DNA from: a virus
Length of the DNA stretch: 64,000 nt
Virus record (IMG/VR): IMGVR_UViG_3300010413_002638
Location: 48,805 to 112,804 of that record
Direction: 5' to 3' (one strand)
The translations under genes were made by a program, and so were the position numbers. Positions within the stretch are counted from its first letter, which is position 1. The number at the start of each line of letters is the position of its first letter. This document shows, piece by piece, positions 48,969-58,370 of this stretch. The notes under the pieces are model-generated. The model saw only the letters and a list, made by a program, of their open reading frames with translations. It made no database searches and was not told the origin of the DNA.

Positions 48969-49769
48969 ATGATCGAAAATCTCAAGGTCGCTGCGTATCT
49001 AGAAGACGCCGGTGAAGATCCGGCGTCAGCTTGCAAGACCATCAAGGATGCCGGTATAAACTATGTCATAATCCGGCATGTTTGGACATCCAATATCAAG
49101 GATTTATCGGATAGCGGCTGCGTCAAACTGCGCAAGATAATGTCCGATAACGGCGTAGCACCCGCCGCCATCTTATCCACAATAAGTGATGTTCCCGCCT
49201 CGGATTTGCCCAAAATAGATGACAAAACCGTAGACAGAACATTTAATCTTGCCAAATATTTTGGCGTGCCCATGATAGGGCTCACATGTGGTCTCAAGAC
49301 GGCTAATCAAGCTGATAAACAAATTGACCAATGGCTATACCGAATCACTAGCCAGGCCGCTTCTCTCAACATCAATTGTCTGATCGAGACGACCACCAAA
49401 AGCCACATATATGCTGCTGGTGAACTAGCTATGCTGTTAACCAAACACAAAACAATCAAATTAATATACGACCCAGCTCAACTTATCATTAGACAAAACA
49501 TCGATCCATTCATAAAATATTGGACTTTATTGAAGCAGTATGTCCGCGCCATCGATGTGCGCGACTACAAGATCGGACGTGGCTTCAAGCCAGCAGGACA
49601 CGGTGATACACACATTATCCGAACAGCGATGGATGCGATCAATTCAAATTATAATGGGTGGTTCTTTTTTGAGCCGTCTTTGGGCCGAAAACACGGTACT
49701 GCACAATCCAAAAGCGATGTTTTCAAAATGGCATTCACAGCCTTTAAGGACGCTCTTGGTCAAAGTTAA
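48969..49769 (+). CDS. xylose isomerase-like TIM barrel (sugar phosphate isomerase/AP endonuclease 2 superfamily)
   Basis: LIE, LIYDPAQ, AIDVRD, PAGHGD and YNGWFFFEP motifs. Confidence 0.75.
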   Translation: MIENLKVAAYLEDAGEDPASACKTIKDAGINYVIIRHVWTSNIKDLSDSGCVKLRKIMSDNGVAPAAILSTISDVPASDLPKIDDKTVDRTFNLAKYFGVPMIGLTCGLKTANQADKQIDQWLYRITSQAASLNINCLIETTTKSHIYAAGELAMLLTKHKTIKLIYDPAQLIIRQNIDPFIKYWTLLKQYVRAIDVRDYKIGRGFKPAGHGDTHIIRTAMDAINSNYNGWFFFEPSLGRKHGTAQSKSDVFKMAFTAFKDALGQS

Positions 49770-49780
49770 AGGGGATAATT

Positions 49781-49993
49781 ATGCCGATCAATTTCAATGA
49801 GACTATCCAACGGATCAAGCAAGCTGGCTCTACGGGTGTCCGCTCCGTCCCCATGCCCAATCAACCGATCGATGGTGACTACCAGATCGAAATTCTGACA
49901 GAGGGCAACTGGACACCGCTCGTCACCGGTATCAATAAAAAGACAGCCGAAGACATTATTAGCCAAGCCACAAACCGAGTGATCCTTGGATGA
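49781..49993 (+). CDS. small hypothetical protein
   Basis: AGGGG RBS; 70 aa. Confidence 0.65.
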   Translation: MPINFNETIQRIKQAGSTGVRSVPMPNQPIDGDYQIEILTEGNWTPLVTGINKKTAEDIISQATNRVILG

Positions 49994-50418
49994 AACGGAA
50001 AGTCACCTCCGTACTAGAATTGGCACGGTATAAAGTAGGCACAGTGGCCTACTGGTTGGCACTACGTACCAACGCTCCCGTGCCAGATCTAAGAGAGGAA
50101 GACGTCTGGCTAACCAACGTACACCCAAAACAACTATACAAAGGACCATACAAGAAACTCTGGCCGACTCACGCCAAACTACCAAAGCTACATCACGTAG
50201 ATTTCAACACTCTCGTGACAGTACTCGTATCAGAACTCTGCGTAGAAGAATTTCGAGTTGTCGAAATAATCAGAAGCAACGACACCGGAGAATTCTTCTA
50301 CAGCAACGAAGATGACGAATGGATGCCAGAAACTAATCTGTTCGACACCGTGACAGCAGCCCGCAAAGAACGATCACGCATCCTCGGCATGATACGCAAA
50401 TGGGCCAAAGACAATTAA
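49990..50418 (+). CDS. hypothetical protein
   Basis: Coupled start. Confidence 0.65.
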   Translation: MKRKVTSVLELARYKVGTVAYWLALRTNAPVPDLREEDVWLTNVHPKQLYKGPYKKLWPTHAKLPKLHHVDFNTLVTVLVSELCVEEFRVVEIIRSNDTGEFFYSNEDDEWMPETNLFDTVTAARKERSRILGMIRKWAKDN

Positions 50419-50960
50419 AGCTTTCTAGCCATAATCATGCCCACACTATCCGGCTTCGTCAGATACGCCTCGATCTGCCATTCTGACGAACTCTCCAAGT
50501 AAGGCCGCAATAATTTCGCCTTCACCGAGAACACACCGGCTTCTCGCACGTCCATATCCCAATCATGCATCCCATAGATAGCACCCTGTCGTAAGCGGGG
50601 TGCTATTAACAAGAAATCATTAAGATTAAGTTCCGGCTCTTCTGGCCCGTCGTTGAATACAAAATCCGGGATGATATTAGTACCCAACAAATGATTAATC
50701 ATATCTGTTGAAGCCATATAATGACACTCAACAATGTTTCGCCACGCACCTGAATAAATCCCCCTAGCCTCTTCGTAGAAGACCCGGTTCGTTTCACACG
50801 TGTATAGCTTGCCAGCCCCCAATTGTCGTAGTGCCGTTGCTATTTGATAAGTTGAACCACCACCTTTCCAGGTACCGATTTCTAATACTACTTGCGGCTT
50901 GACGCGCAAGACAGTATCAAAGAGCAACTTGCGTTCTGCGGGATATAATTGACCTTCCAT
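50415..50960 (-). CDS. class I SAM-dependent methyltransferase
   Basis: VLEIGTWKGGGST, DFVFNDG and MHD motifs. Confidence 0.85.
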   Translation of the reverse strand: MEGQLYPAERKLLFDTVLRVKPQVVLEIGTWKGGGSTYQIATALRQLGAGKLYTCETNRVFYEEARGIYSGAWRNIVECHYMASTDMINHLLGTNIIPDFVFNDGPEEPELNLNDFLLIAPRLRQGAIYGMHDWDMDVREAGVFSVKAKLLRPYLESSSEWQIEAYLTKPDSVGMIMARKL

Positions 50961-51673
50961 TATTGCCTCTTCGCGATAAAATATCCGTCGTTCTCATACA
51001 ATATCTCCATACCACTCTTGAACTCGTTCAGTACAACGGACTTTACTCGAATTGGGTGGCCCACATCGTACAAATTATCGATGTTTAGATCATCGTAAGT
51101 TCGCTCACCCATGATGATCAAGCCGCCAGGCCGTAGAGCTAATTTAATATTTCGCAACACTGCGGCCACATCACGAACGTGCTCAAGCACATTGATGCAG
51201 ATTATCGTATCGAACTCTTCCAACCGTCGCAAATTCTCTGCCGGAAGCGGAACAAGACGAGGACTTGGTCGTAAATTCCAGTAAGCACAGTTGGGATGAT
51301 GCTTATAGTGCTCAATGAGTGGATCAGCTAACGTTATAGAACGTGCTGTATGTCCTTTCGACAGGATGAATCTTGTCTGTGTAAACGGGCCGCAACCAAC
51401 TTCTAGTATATCGCCTAGATTATCCGGTAAGACGTGGTAATCATTAAAGAGTGCTGCGTGTTCTGTGTCGCGATCAGATGATGCGTCTCTGGCATGCTGC
51501 AACCAAGTAGCTAATTCATACGCTTGCGCTTTCTTCCAGCGTTCATCGTCTACTTTGACGATACCATTCGTGTCGTTCCAATACTTAGCATCACTCTCTG
51601 CTCGCAGAGCATCTGTAGCGTCTTGTCCGCGTCGTACGTCAACTGGTGAACCGATCCAAATAGGATTATCCAT
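50960..51673 (-). CDS. class I SAM-dependent methyltransferase
   Basis: ILEVGCGP, FDTIICINVLEHV and LRPGG motifs. Confidence 0.9.
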   Translation of the reverse strand: MDNPIWIGSPVDVRRGQDATDALRAESDAKYWNDTNGIVKVDDERWKKAQAYELATWLQHARDASSDRDTEHAALFNDYHVLPDNLGDILEVGCGPFTQTRFILSKGHTARSITLADPLIEHYKHHPNCAYWNLRPSPRLVPLPAENLRRLEEFDTIICINVLEHVRDVAAVLRNIKLALRPGGLIIMGERTYDDLNIDNLYDVGHPIRVKSVVLNEFKSGMEILYENDGYFIAKRQ

Positions 51674-51711
51674 TTTTACCTCTCTACGGATATATAATTT
51701 GGAGTCTAATC

Positions 51712-51990
51712 ATGAACCAAGGCTGTATGCGATTAGGCGGGATGACGCCCGCTGAATGTTGTTATGATTTACCAACGACATTTCACATATCAAAGATCTT
51801 GGAATCTGAAAATTTGCTGACATTCTTTTGTAATCATAACGACTTCACGGGCAAAGAGCTAGTATGGGAGTCTAAAGAATCGATTAGGATAGATGGCAGA
51901 TCGATCCCGCTTCATTGTTCCCCATCTTATCGTACCAGCTGGTGTACTTTCACTATACGGCCTCTGACTCTGTTCGAGGACAACATATGA
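51712..51990 (+). CDS. hypothetical protein
   Basis: GGAG RBS; stop coupled to the next start. Confidence 0.45.
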   Translation: MNQGCMRLGGMTPAECCYDLPTTFHISKILESENLLTFFCNHNDFTGKELVWESKESIRIDGRSIPLHCSPSYRTSWCTFTIRPLTLFEDNI

Positions 51991-52613
51991 GATCAGCGAT
52001 AATATTAAGCGGCCAACTAAGAAATTTTGACGAATGCTACCCATCACTCAAAGAGCATATTCTCGACCACAATGATTGCCATATCTACATGCACACCTAT
52101 CTGGACACCGAGCCAGAAAAACTGCAACAAGCGATATCTTTGTATCAACCACAAAAACTGTTACTAGAACAACCAGAAAAAGATTTCTCCATTTGTGAAC
52201 AGTGTGGACCAGACAGAGAACCAATGTACTGGATGTGGCGAAACGTGCGGGTCGCTTTCTGTTTGATCCCCGAGTATTACGAATGCATCGTCAAAGCACG
52301 TTATGACTTGAAGTACACACAACCAATTGTCTTTGCAGACCATGATATGGCCGCTATAAACATACCCTCTGGTGGTAACTTCCTGAACGGCATTAATGAT
52401 CTTTTCGCGTTTGGCTCCCCCACAAACATGGAATATTATTGTTCCATGATCGACGTAATCGACCAATATGTCTCAGAAGAAGGAATTACATGCCATCCAG
52501 AAACGTTGCTTAGGCATCATCTTCGCGACAAACAAGTAGACAGGCCAGTGTTTCCTATTATTCTCCGCGACGTTATTATGACGGACCACTATCCCAATGA
52601 CAACCCAAATTAA
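51987..52613 (+). CDS. putative glycosyltransferase-like protein (SGQLR...RYD...ND.FAFG family)
   Basis: AIILSGQLR, KARYD, NDLFAFGS and HPETLL motifs. Confidence 0.65.
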   Translation: MRSAIILSGQLRNFDECYPSLKEHILDHNDCHIYMHTYLDTEPEKLQQAISLYQPQKLLLEQPEKDFSICEQCGPDREPMYWMWRNVRVAFCLIPEYYECIVKARYDLKYTQPIVFADHDMAAINIPSGGNFLNGINDLFAFGSPTNMEYYCSMIDVIDQYVSEEGITCHPETLLRHHLRDKQVDRPVFPIILRDVIMTDHYPNDNPN

Positions 52614-53142
52614 AATGATCGTCTTAGACGTAGACGGCGTAATGACCGACGGTAAGAAGTACTACGACCGGAAAGGTGCAGTAGTCGTCAAGTCCTTCTG
52701 CGACAAAGATTGGACTGCTATCAAAAGGTTTCGTGCGATCGGCATCAACGTCGTCTGCATTACCGGAGACGGATTTAATGCCGCAATCCTCGCCAATCGA
52801 AACATCCCAGTAATCATTTGCCGCACCGACAATGCTCATACTGACAAATCCAACTACCTGGCTGGCATCATTGAAGAATATGATTGCACTTATGACGAAG
52901 TCTGCGTAGTCGGCGACGATCTATTTGATCTAAAGCTGATGATGATGGTTAAGCATCGTTTCTGTCTGCTAGATTCGCCATCTGTGGTTAAGCAATACTG
53001 CGACGTGCTTGGATGCAAAGGTGGAGAAAATGCGATCGCTGTCTTGTTTGATCGCTTAGAAGGATTTGAATTAATTCCTAAGGTTCCCTGGCAAGAAGCC
53101 ATGGACAAGATTTATGAAATAGATGCCAAAGAAAGATTCTGA
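52597..53142 (+). CDS. KdsC-like HAD phosphatase
   Basis: LDVDGVMTDG, ITGD, VGDDLFD and KGGE motifs. Confidence 0.85.
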   Translation: MTTQIKMIVLDVDGVMTDGKKYYDRKGAVVVKSFCDKDWTAIKRFRAIGINVVCITGDGFNAAILANRNIPVIICRTDNAHTDKSNYLAGIIEEYDCTYDEVCVVGDDLFDLKLMMMVKHRFCLLDSPSVVKQYCDVLGCKGGENAIAVLFDRLEGFELIPKVPWQEAMDKIYEIDAKERF

Positions 53143-53807
53143 TGCTGCTGCACGACGGCACATGCGCGATCATAATAAGTGGTTATTTGCGAGATTTCGT
53201 AAAATACTTCCCGTCATTCAAGGAGTGTATTCTCGACCACAACAACTGTCATATTTATATGCAAATATATGCCTCCGAATTGGACAGAATACAAAAAGCA
53301 GTACAACTATACAAGCCACAAAGGATATTGGTAGAAGAACCCATAAAAGACTTCGTTTTTGAAGGAGAATGGAATACCTATACAAACCGAGAGGGATATT
53401 ATTGGCAATGTAAGAATCTGAAGACTGCGTTCGGGCTAGTACCAGATTATTACCCCTGCGTAGTTCGAACACGATACGATTTGAAATATACCTCACCAAT
53501 AAAGTTCCTGAGTTTTAACCTACACCACATACATATCCCAGCCCATAGGATAGGATTATATGGTTACCAAGGAAATGGCATCACAGATGTTTTTGCATTT
53601 TCTTCCTACGAAAACATGCGATATTATACTTCTCTCTATGATTATATCAATCATTACGTGAAACAAGGGGTGGAATGCACACCCGAAGTGCTACTGATGC
53701 ATCATTTAAGAGACAAATCTTTAGTTAGACCAATTTTTCCCATCTTTCTGAGAGACATGTGTATGACCACGCCGCACGGTCATCACGAATTTTTGGTGGT
53801 AACATGA
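53142..53807 (+). CDS. paralog of 51987-52613 (glycosyltransferase-like)
   Basis: IISGYLR, RTRYDLKY, TDVFAF and PEVLL motifs. Confidence 0.65.
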   Translation: MLLHDGTCAIIISGYLRDFVKYFPSFKECILDHNNCHIYMQIYASELDRIQKAVQLYKPQRILVEEPIKDFVFEGEWNTYTNREGYYWQCKNLKTAFGLVPDYYPCVVRTRYDLKYTSPIKFLSFNLHHIHIPAHRIGLYGYQGNGITDVFAFSSYENMRYYTSLYDYINHYVKQGVECTPEVLLMHHLRDKSLVRPIFPIFLRDMCMTTPHGHHEFLVVT

Positions 53808-54961
53808 AGAAATACAATCTCGTACTCCCGATCTCCGGCAGAGCCCAACGCTTTATCGATGCTGGCTACAAAATGCCCAAACCACTCATTCTGGTCAAGG
53901 ACAAGCACGTCATCGACTTGGCGCTGGAATCAATGGACATCTCGGATTGTAATTTAATCTTCATAGTGAGACTCGACCACATCTATGATTTCAGTATCGA
54001 TCAGATACTAAAACAGAAGTACGGAGATGATATAACTATAGTCGTAGTTGATAGGATAACCAGAGGTGCACTTGAAACCTGCACCCTTGCTGCTGAGCAT
54101 ATCAACAATGACATCCCACTCATCATTTACACGCCAGATGTCAGCTTTTTCCCGCAATTCAACCCCAACGCTATCAGCGAAGAAGCCGATGGATTTCTAC
54201 TAACTTTCGCCGCCAATAGCCCTTCTCACAGCTATTCTGTGATTAATGACGGCATTGTATCCAAAGTGGCCGAGAAAGAAGTAATTTCCAATGACGCCAA
54301 TGTTGGCATTTATCATTTCAAATCTGGAAGCCTATTCCTGAAATATGCTAACGTTATGCTCGAGCAGAACATAACGGCTAAAAATGAATTCTATATTGCC
54401 CCAATTTACAATCTGATGATAGCCGATGGCTTGATGGTAAAAGCATTCGGCGTCGAAAAAATGTACGTTCTTGGCACGCCAGACTCATTCCAATTCTTCT
54501 GCAACCATATCATGCGAAAGCCATTCGACAAGCCAATCGCCCTAGCAGCAGATCATTCCGGATACGCTCAAAAAGAATCTACCAAAAGATTAATGGATAA
54601 AGATGGTATTCAATATATTGACGTCGGCACTTATGTCAACAAGTCCTGTGATTATGTTGATTATCTTAGTCAATCTGTGGCCCTCATCAGAGACAATCAT
54701 TGCAACTTTGCGATATCGTTCTGTCGATCTGGACAAGGAATGAACATTGCGGCAAACAAACATGATGGAATTATCTCAGCTCTCGTATTCGACGCACATA
54801 GTGCCGAATATGCTATCCGCCATAACTGTTGTAATCACTTCGCAATACCCGCCAGAAACAGCAACGCATTTCTCATGGCGGAAGTACTAGAAATGCTGAA
54901 GAAGCATTCGTTCGAAGGCGGAAGACACTACACGAGACTACAAAAGTTCTTATGTTTATAG
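53804..54961 (+). CDS. fusion of a sugar-phosphate nucleotidyltransferase and an RpiB/LacAB isomerase
   Basis: ISGRAQRF..PKPLI and EFYIAP motifs; C-terminal AADHSG, CRSGQGMNIAANK, HN and FEGGRH. Confidence 0.88.
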   Translation: MKKYNLVLPISGRAQRFIDAGYKMPKPLILVKDKHVIDLALESMDISDCNLIFIVRLDHIYDFSIDQILKQKYGDDITIVVVDRITRGALETCTLAAEHINNDIPLIIYTPDVSFFPQFNPNAISEEADGFLLTFAANSPSHSYSVINDGIVSKVAEKEVISNDANVGIYHFKSGSLFLKYANVMLEQNITAKNEFYIAPIYNLMIADGLMVKAFGVEKMYVLGTPDSFQFFCNHIMRKPFDKPIALAADHSGYAQKESTKRLMDKDGIQYIDVGTYVNKSCDYVDYLSQSVALIRDNHCNFAISFCRSGQGMNIAANKHDGIISALVFDAHSAEYAIRHNCCNHFAIPARNSNAFLMAEVLEMLKKHSFEGGRHYTRLQKFLCL

Positions 54962-55557
54962 ATCACCAGCAGAAGTTCCTCTTCGTAGCAGTCCCGAAGA
55001 CGGCAAGCGGGTCAGTCCATTTTTATTTCAACCAGCCGCCGCTCTACGATGGCTTCCATGTCTATTTCATGGAAAAGTATCATTACCCATATCGGTGGAT
55101 TCTAACCGACCATCCAGAAGCTGCTGATTATTTCAGTTTCGGGTTCACCAGAAATCCGTGGGACAGAATGGTATCATCTTGGTTTGATTTCACCAATAGC
55201 CAAGGACATAGAAAGATATGGAGCGAAAGGCTAACATTATACAAAGACTTCCAACAATTCATAATGGAATTCCCGAATAGCGAATGGGCACAAGAGATCC
55301 ATTTCCAACCGGCATCCTGGTACTTAGGGCATGGAACAGAACAGGTTGATTTCACAGGCCGGTACGAAAGCATCGATGAAGACTTCGGACACATCCTACG
55401 GAAACTAGGCAGGCCAGAATTCGCCCTCACAAGCAAACAAAAGCTTAGAAAATCGGCCAGAAACGCCGATTATCACCAATATTACACCAATGAAATGATA
55501 GAGATAGTCGGGAACCATTTTCATGATGACATTGTCAACTTCGGATATCAATACTAA
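54952..55557 (+). CDS. sulfotransferase family 2
   Basis: VPKTASGS, RNPWDRMVS, HFQP and GRYE motifs. Confidence 0.88.
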   Translation: MFIDHQQKFLFVAVPKTASGSVHFYFNQPPLYDGFHVYFMEKYHYPYRWILTDHPEAADYFSFGFTRNPWDRMVSSWFDFTNSQGHRKIWSERLTLYKDFQQFIMEFPNSEWAQEIHFQPASWYLGHGTEQVDFTGRYESIDEDFGHILRKLGRPEFALTSKQKLRKSARNADYHQYYTNEMIEIVGNHFHDDIVNFGYQY

Positions 55558-56371
55558 TGCCTGTATTCTACTATCGCATGTCTTCATACAACCAAACGAA
55601 CTACACAAAAGACAAATAGTCGAATTGGCCGCTAAGCACTATCGCTTGCACAATCCCGATAGCTATCTTATCCTAACCGGCCATGGATTAATGCCATCAC
55701 CGGCAACAGTAGAGCTTTGCGATTTCGTTTACTGGGATACAAAAATCGATCGGCGAGAAATAGGCGTCGGACATCCCAAATTAGTCAATGTCGGTATCAA
55801 ACACGCAATGGAGAAAGGGTATAAGTGGTTATTTAAATGCCGAGCGGATGGCGTTATTCTTCGTTCTGGCATTCTCACCTATTGCCACCAATTGCTGGAA
55901 AATAAGCAAATTCTGCTAACCCAACAAACAGAGTTTGCCAGACCTCGTGCTGGCGATTTGTTCATGTATGGCCCCATAGATTTTCTGCAACAGTGCTGGG
56001 ATATTACAACGTGGTATCCAACAGACACTGGCCTCACCAGCTTCGCCAAGAATATTATGCTAACTACGGGTGAGACAGATTGGGTCCGATGCCTATTGGG
56101 CCATGCAGCGTTCGTTGATATTTATAACATCAAATGGATTGACTTGTATTACAACTGGAATACATTACACCAAAGAAGCGCTGATATTCTTAAGAATCAG
56201 CTAGATGACTTCGAGAAATATTTATGGGGCACGAAAGAAGGTGCTCACACTTTCGACGCTACTGGGGATATGACAGCGTATATCGGCCCCATTATTTGTG
56301 AAAAAGATTGGCGAAAGAGGTTGAATGAAAATCATAGCACATCGCGGAAACTTGATGGGTCCAAATCATGA
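55523..56371 (+). CDS. putative glycosyltransferase-like protein
   Basis: FKCRAD motif; lies inside the glycan cluster. Confidence 0.5.
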   Translation: MMTLSTSDINTNACILLSHVFIQPNELHKRQIVELAAKHYRLHNPDSYLILTGHGLMPSPATVELCDFVYWDTKIDRREIGVGHPKLVNVGIKHAMEKGYKWLFKCRADGVILRSGILTYCHQLLENKQILLTQQTEFARPRAGDLFMYGPIDFLQQCWDITTWYPTDTGLTSFAKNIMLTTGETDWVRCLLGHAAFVDIYNIKWIDLYYNWNTLHQRSADILKNQLDDFEKYLWGTKEGAHTFDATGDMTAYIGPIICEKDWRKRLNENHSTSRKLDGSKS

Positions 56372-56846
56372 GGCCGAAAACACAACCAACGCTATCGATG
56401 ATTGCATTGGCAGAGGCTACGACGTCGAAATAGACGTTTACGTTTCAGCAGGCACGATCTGGCTGGGGCATGATAACCGACATAACCAGGTCGAGTTAGA
56501 ATATTTGCTCGCTCGCAAAGACAAATTGTGGGTGCATGCGAAGAATATCGTCGCGGCAGAATTGTTATCTGATACAGATCTCCACTGGTTTTGGCATGAT
56601 CGAGATGCAATGACTATAACCAGCAAGGGTGTTATTTGGTGCCACTACGCTTTTATCAAGAATGGTATTACTATACTCCATACTGCCAGAGAAATAGATC
56701 ATCTTAAACCTAATATAAATGGCATCGTGCCAAACATAGGTGGTATCTGCACAGATTATCCAACGCTGGCGAGGTTGGTAATAAATGAAAATATCCGGCC
56801 TGACAATAATCAGAAATGCGTTCACGAACGGATACCCTATCGCTGA
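56325..56846 (+). CDS. glycerophosphodiester phosphodiesterase-like protein
   Basis: IAHRGN, EN, DVEIDV, LGHD, HAKN and GICTDY motifs. Confidence 0.85.
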   Translation: MKIIAHRGNLMGPNHEAENTTNAIDDCIGRGYDVEIDVYVSAGTIWLGHDNRHNQVELEYLLARKDKLWVHAKNIVAAELLSDTDLHWFWHDRDAMTITSKGVIWCHYAFIKNGITILHTAREIDHLKPNINGIVPNIGGICTDYPTLARLVINENIRPDNNQKCVHERIPYR

Positions 56847-57573
56847 GGTTATCGACAACCTCGCCCTAATCTCAGACGAAATAATCGTCTGTGACGGATA
56901 TTCAACAGACGGCACCACTCAATATCTGCAAAGCCGAAACGATATTACCCTATACCAAGATCGTTGGAATCTTCAATCCAAAAATGGCCTCGAATTCGCC
57001 AATATCACCAACTGCGGCGTAGAACGATGCAGCGGGGATTATGTCTTCTATCTGCAAGCGGATGAAATAATGCACCCATCAGATACGCTCTTATTGCGAG
57101 ATCTGATAGAAGAGGATCGATATAACGCTATTTTCTGCGATTTCTACCATATCCGGTATGATTTCGATTACGTGCTCACTGGCGGCTACAAAAGTGCCAT
57201 TAGAGCGATCAGAAACAAATGCGGTATCTCTTCAGAATACGATGGTTTCAGCTTCTTGGGAAACATTGTTCCATCTTTTCATTCTGGGTTGATGGTATAC
57301 CATTTTGGTTATGTCTTCTTGCGGAATATCTTCCGCAAAATGATTAATCACGCCGACTGCTTCTACCATGAAGCTAAGAATTACCATCGCCGGAAAGAGC
57401 TGGCTCTTGATTATCTCGCCAAATTGGATAATGGCGAAACCCTAGATCCCCTAGAGGTACAACGAGTGTTGGAGCCAGAATATTCACTCCACAAACACAA
57501 CACAGTCATTCCCGCATGTATGGAACGGCTGCGAGGAGCGATTTCCTACACTCTGCCGGAAAGAGAAGCATGA
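56785..57573 (+). CDS. glycosyltransferase family 2
   Basis: CDGYSTDGT, YLQADE and YHFGYV motifs. Confidence 0.85.
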   Translation: MKISGLTIIRNAFTNGYPIAEVIDNLALISDEIIVCDGYSTDGTTQYLQSRNDITLYQDRWNLQSKNGLEFANITNCGVERCSGDYVFYLQADEIMHPSDTLLLRDLIEEDRYNAIFCDFYHIRYDFDYVLTGGYKSAIRAIRNKCGISSEYDGFSFLGNIVPSFHSGLMVYHFGYVFLRNIFRKMINHADCFYHEAKNYHRRKELALDYLAKLDNGETLDPLEVQRVLEPEYSLHKHNTVIPACMERLRGAISYTLPEREA

Positions 57574-58370
57574 CATTCAAACCCAGTCGATTATACACTG
57601 AGATGACTATAGTGATGGTCTGCCGCAATTGGGCTTCACTATATTATCCATTCGTAGAAGCTATTTGGTCCACCATGCCGCTGGGATGCCGATACTTGAT
57701 AGGCATCTTCGACACTACCGACAACACGATGGATTATCTTAACGTCATCGGTCAATACGTTCCTATCGAGTACTATCACAGTACATGGCGATACCAGAAC
57801 AAGTTAGGGGCGATTGGCGTGGCCACACACGAAACATGGCAACAAGCCACTACCACCGCCCGCTTTAACCTCCAAGGCAACGAAGTGTTGCTCGACGATG
57901 GTCCCGAGAAAATTTTTGCGTATTTTGACGAATACTGGCCTAGCCCGGTCGATCCCAAGGTACACGGTGGTCTAGAATTTCGGCACTTTTGGGGCGATTT
58001 TCATTTTGAGGGGTGTAAAGCCGGTGGTGCATATAATTTCGCTCGACGGATAGGCAATGCCCGTGATGATTATATTCACGGCAGTGGTGATGGTTGTTAT
58101 CCGAATCCGCCCAGTGCTCATCCTACCGGTGCCACTCTTCATCGCTATAGCTATTGTTGGGACAATCAACTCGAAGCCAAACACCGTAATCATTCCAAGA
58201 TTATCGATGGCAGAGACGCGGCTTATCACATCGCCGGGTGCAAAAATCTTCGCAATATGTCGAATTATGATGGTGACCATCCGAGCTACGTACAACATTT
58301 GAAAGACCAGCGTAATTACAATATAGACAAAAGCATGCAAATCTTTCTAGCAGCAATGAACGATGTATAA
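57570..58370 (+). CDS. GT2-like glycosyltransferase, divergent
   Basis: YPFVEAI, LQGNE and HFWG motifs; similar to the upstream gene. Confidence 0.65.
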   Translation: MTFKPSRLYTEMTIVMVCRNWASLYYPFVEAIWSTMPLGCRYLIGIFDTTDNTMDYLNVIGQYVPIEYYHSTWRYQNKLGAIGVATHETWQQATTTARFNLQGNEVLLDDGPEKIFAYFDEYWPSPVDPKVHGGLEFRHFWGDFHFEGCKAGGAYNFARRIGNARDDYIHGSGDGCYPNPPSAHPTGATLHRYSYCWDNQLEAKHRNHSKIIDGRDAAYHIAGCKNLRNMSNYDGDHPSYVQHLKDQRNYNIDKSMQIFLAAMNDV

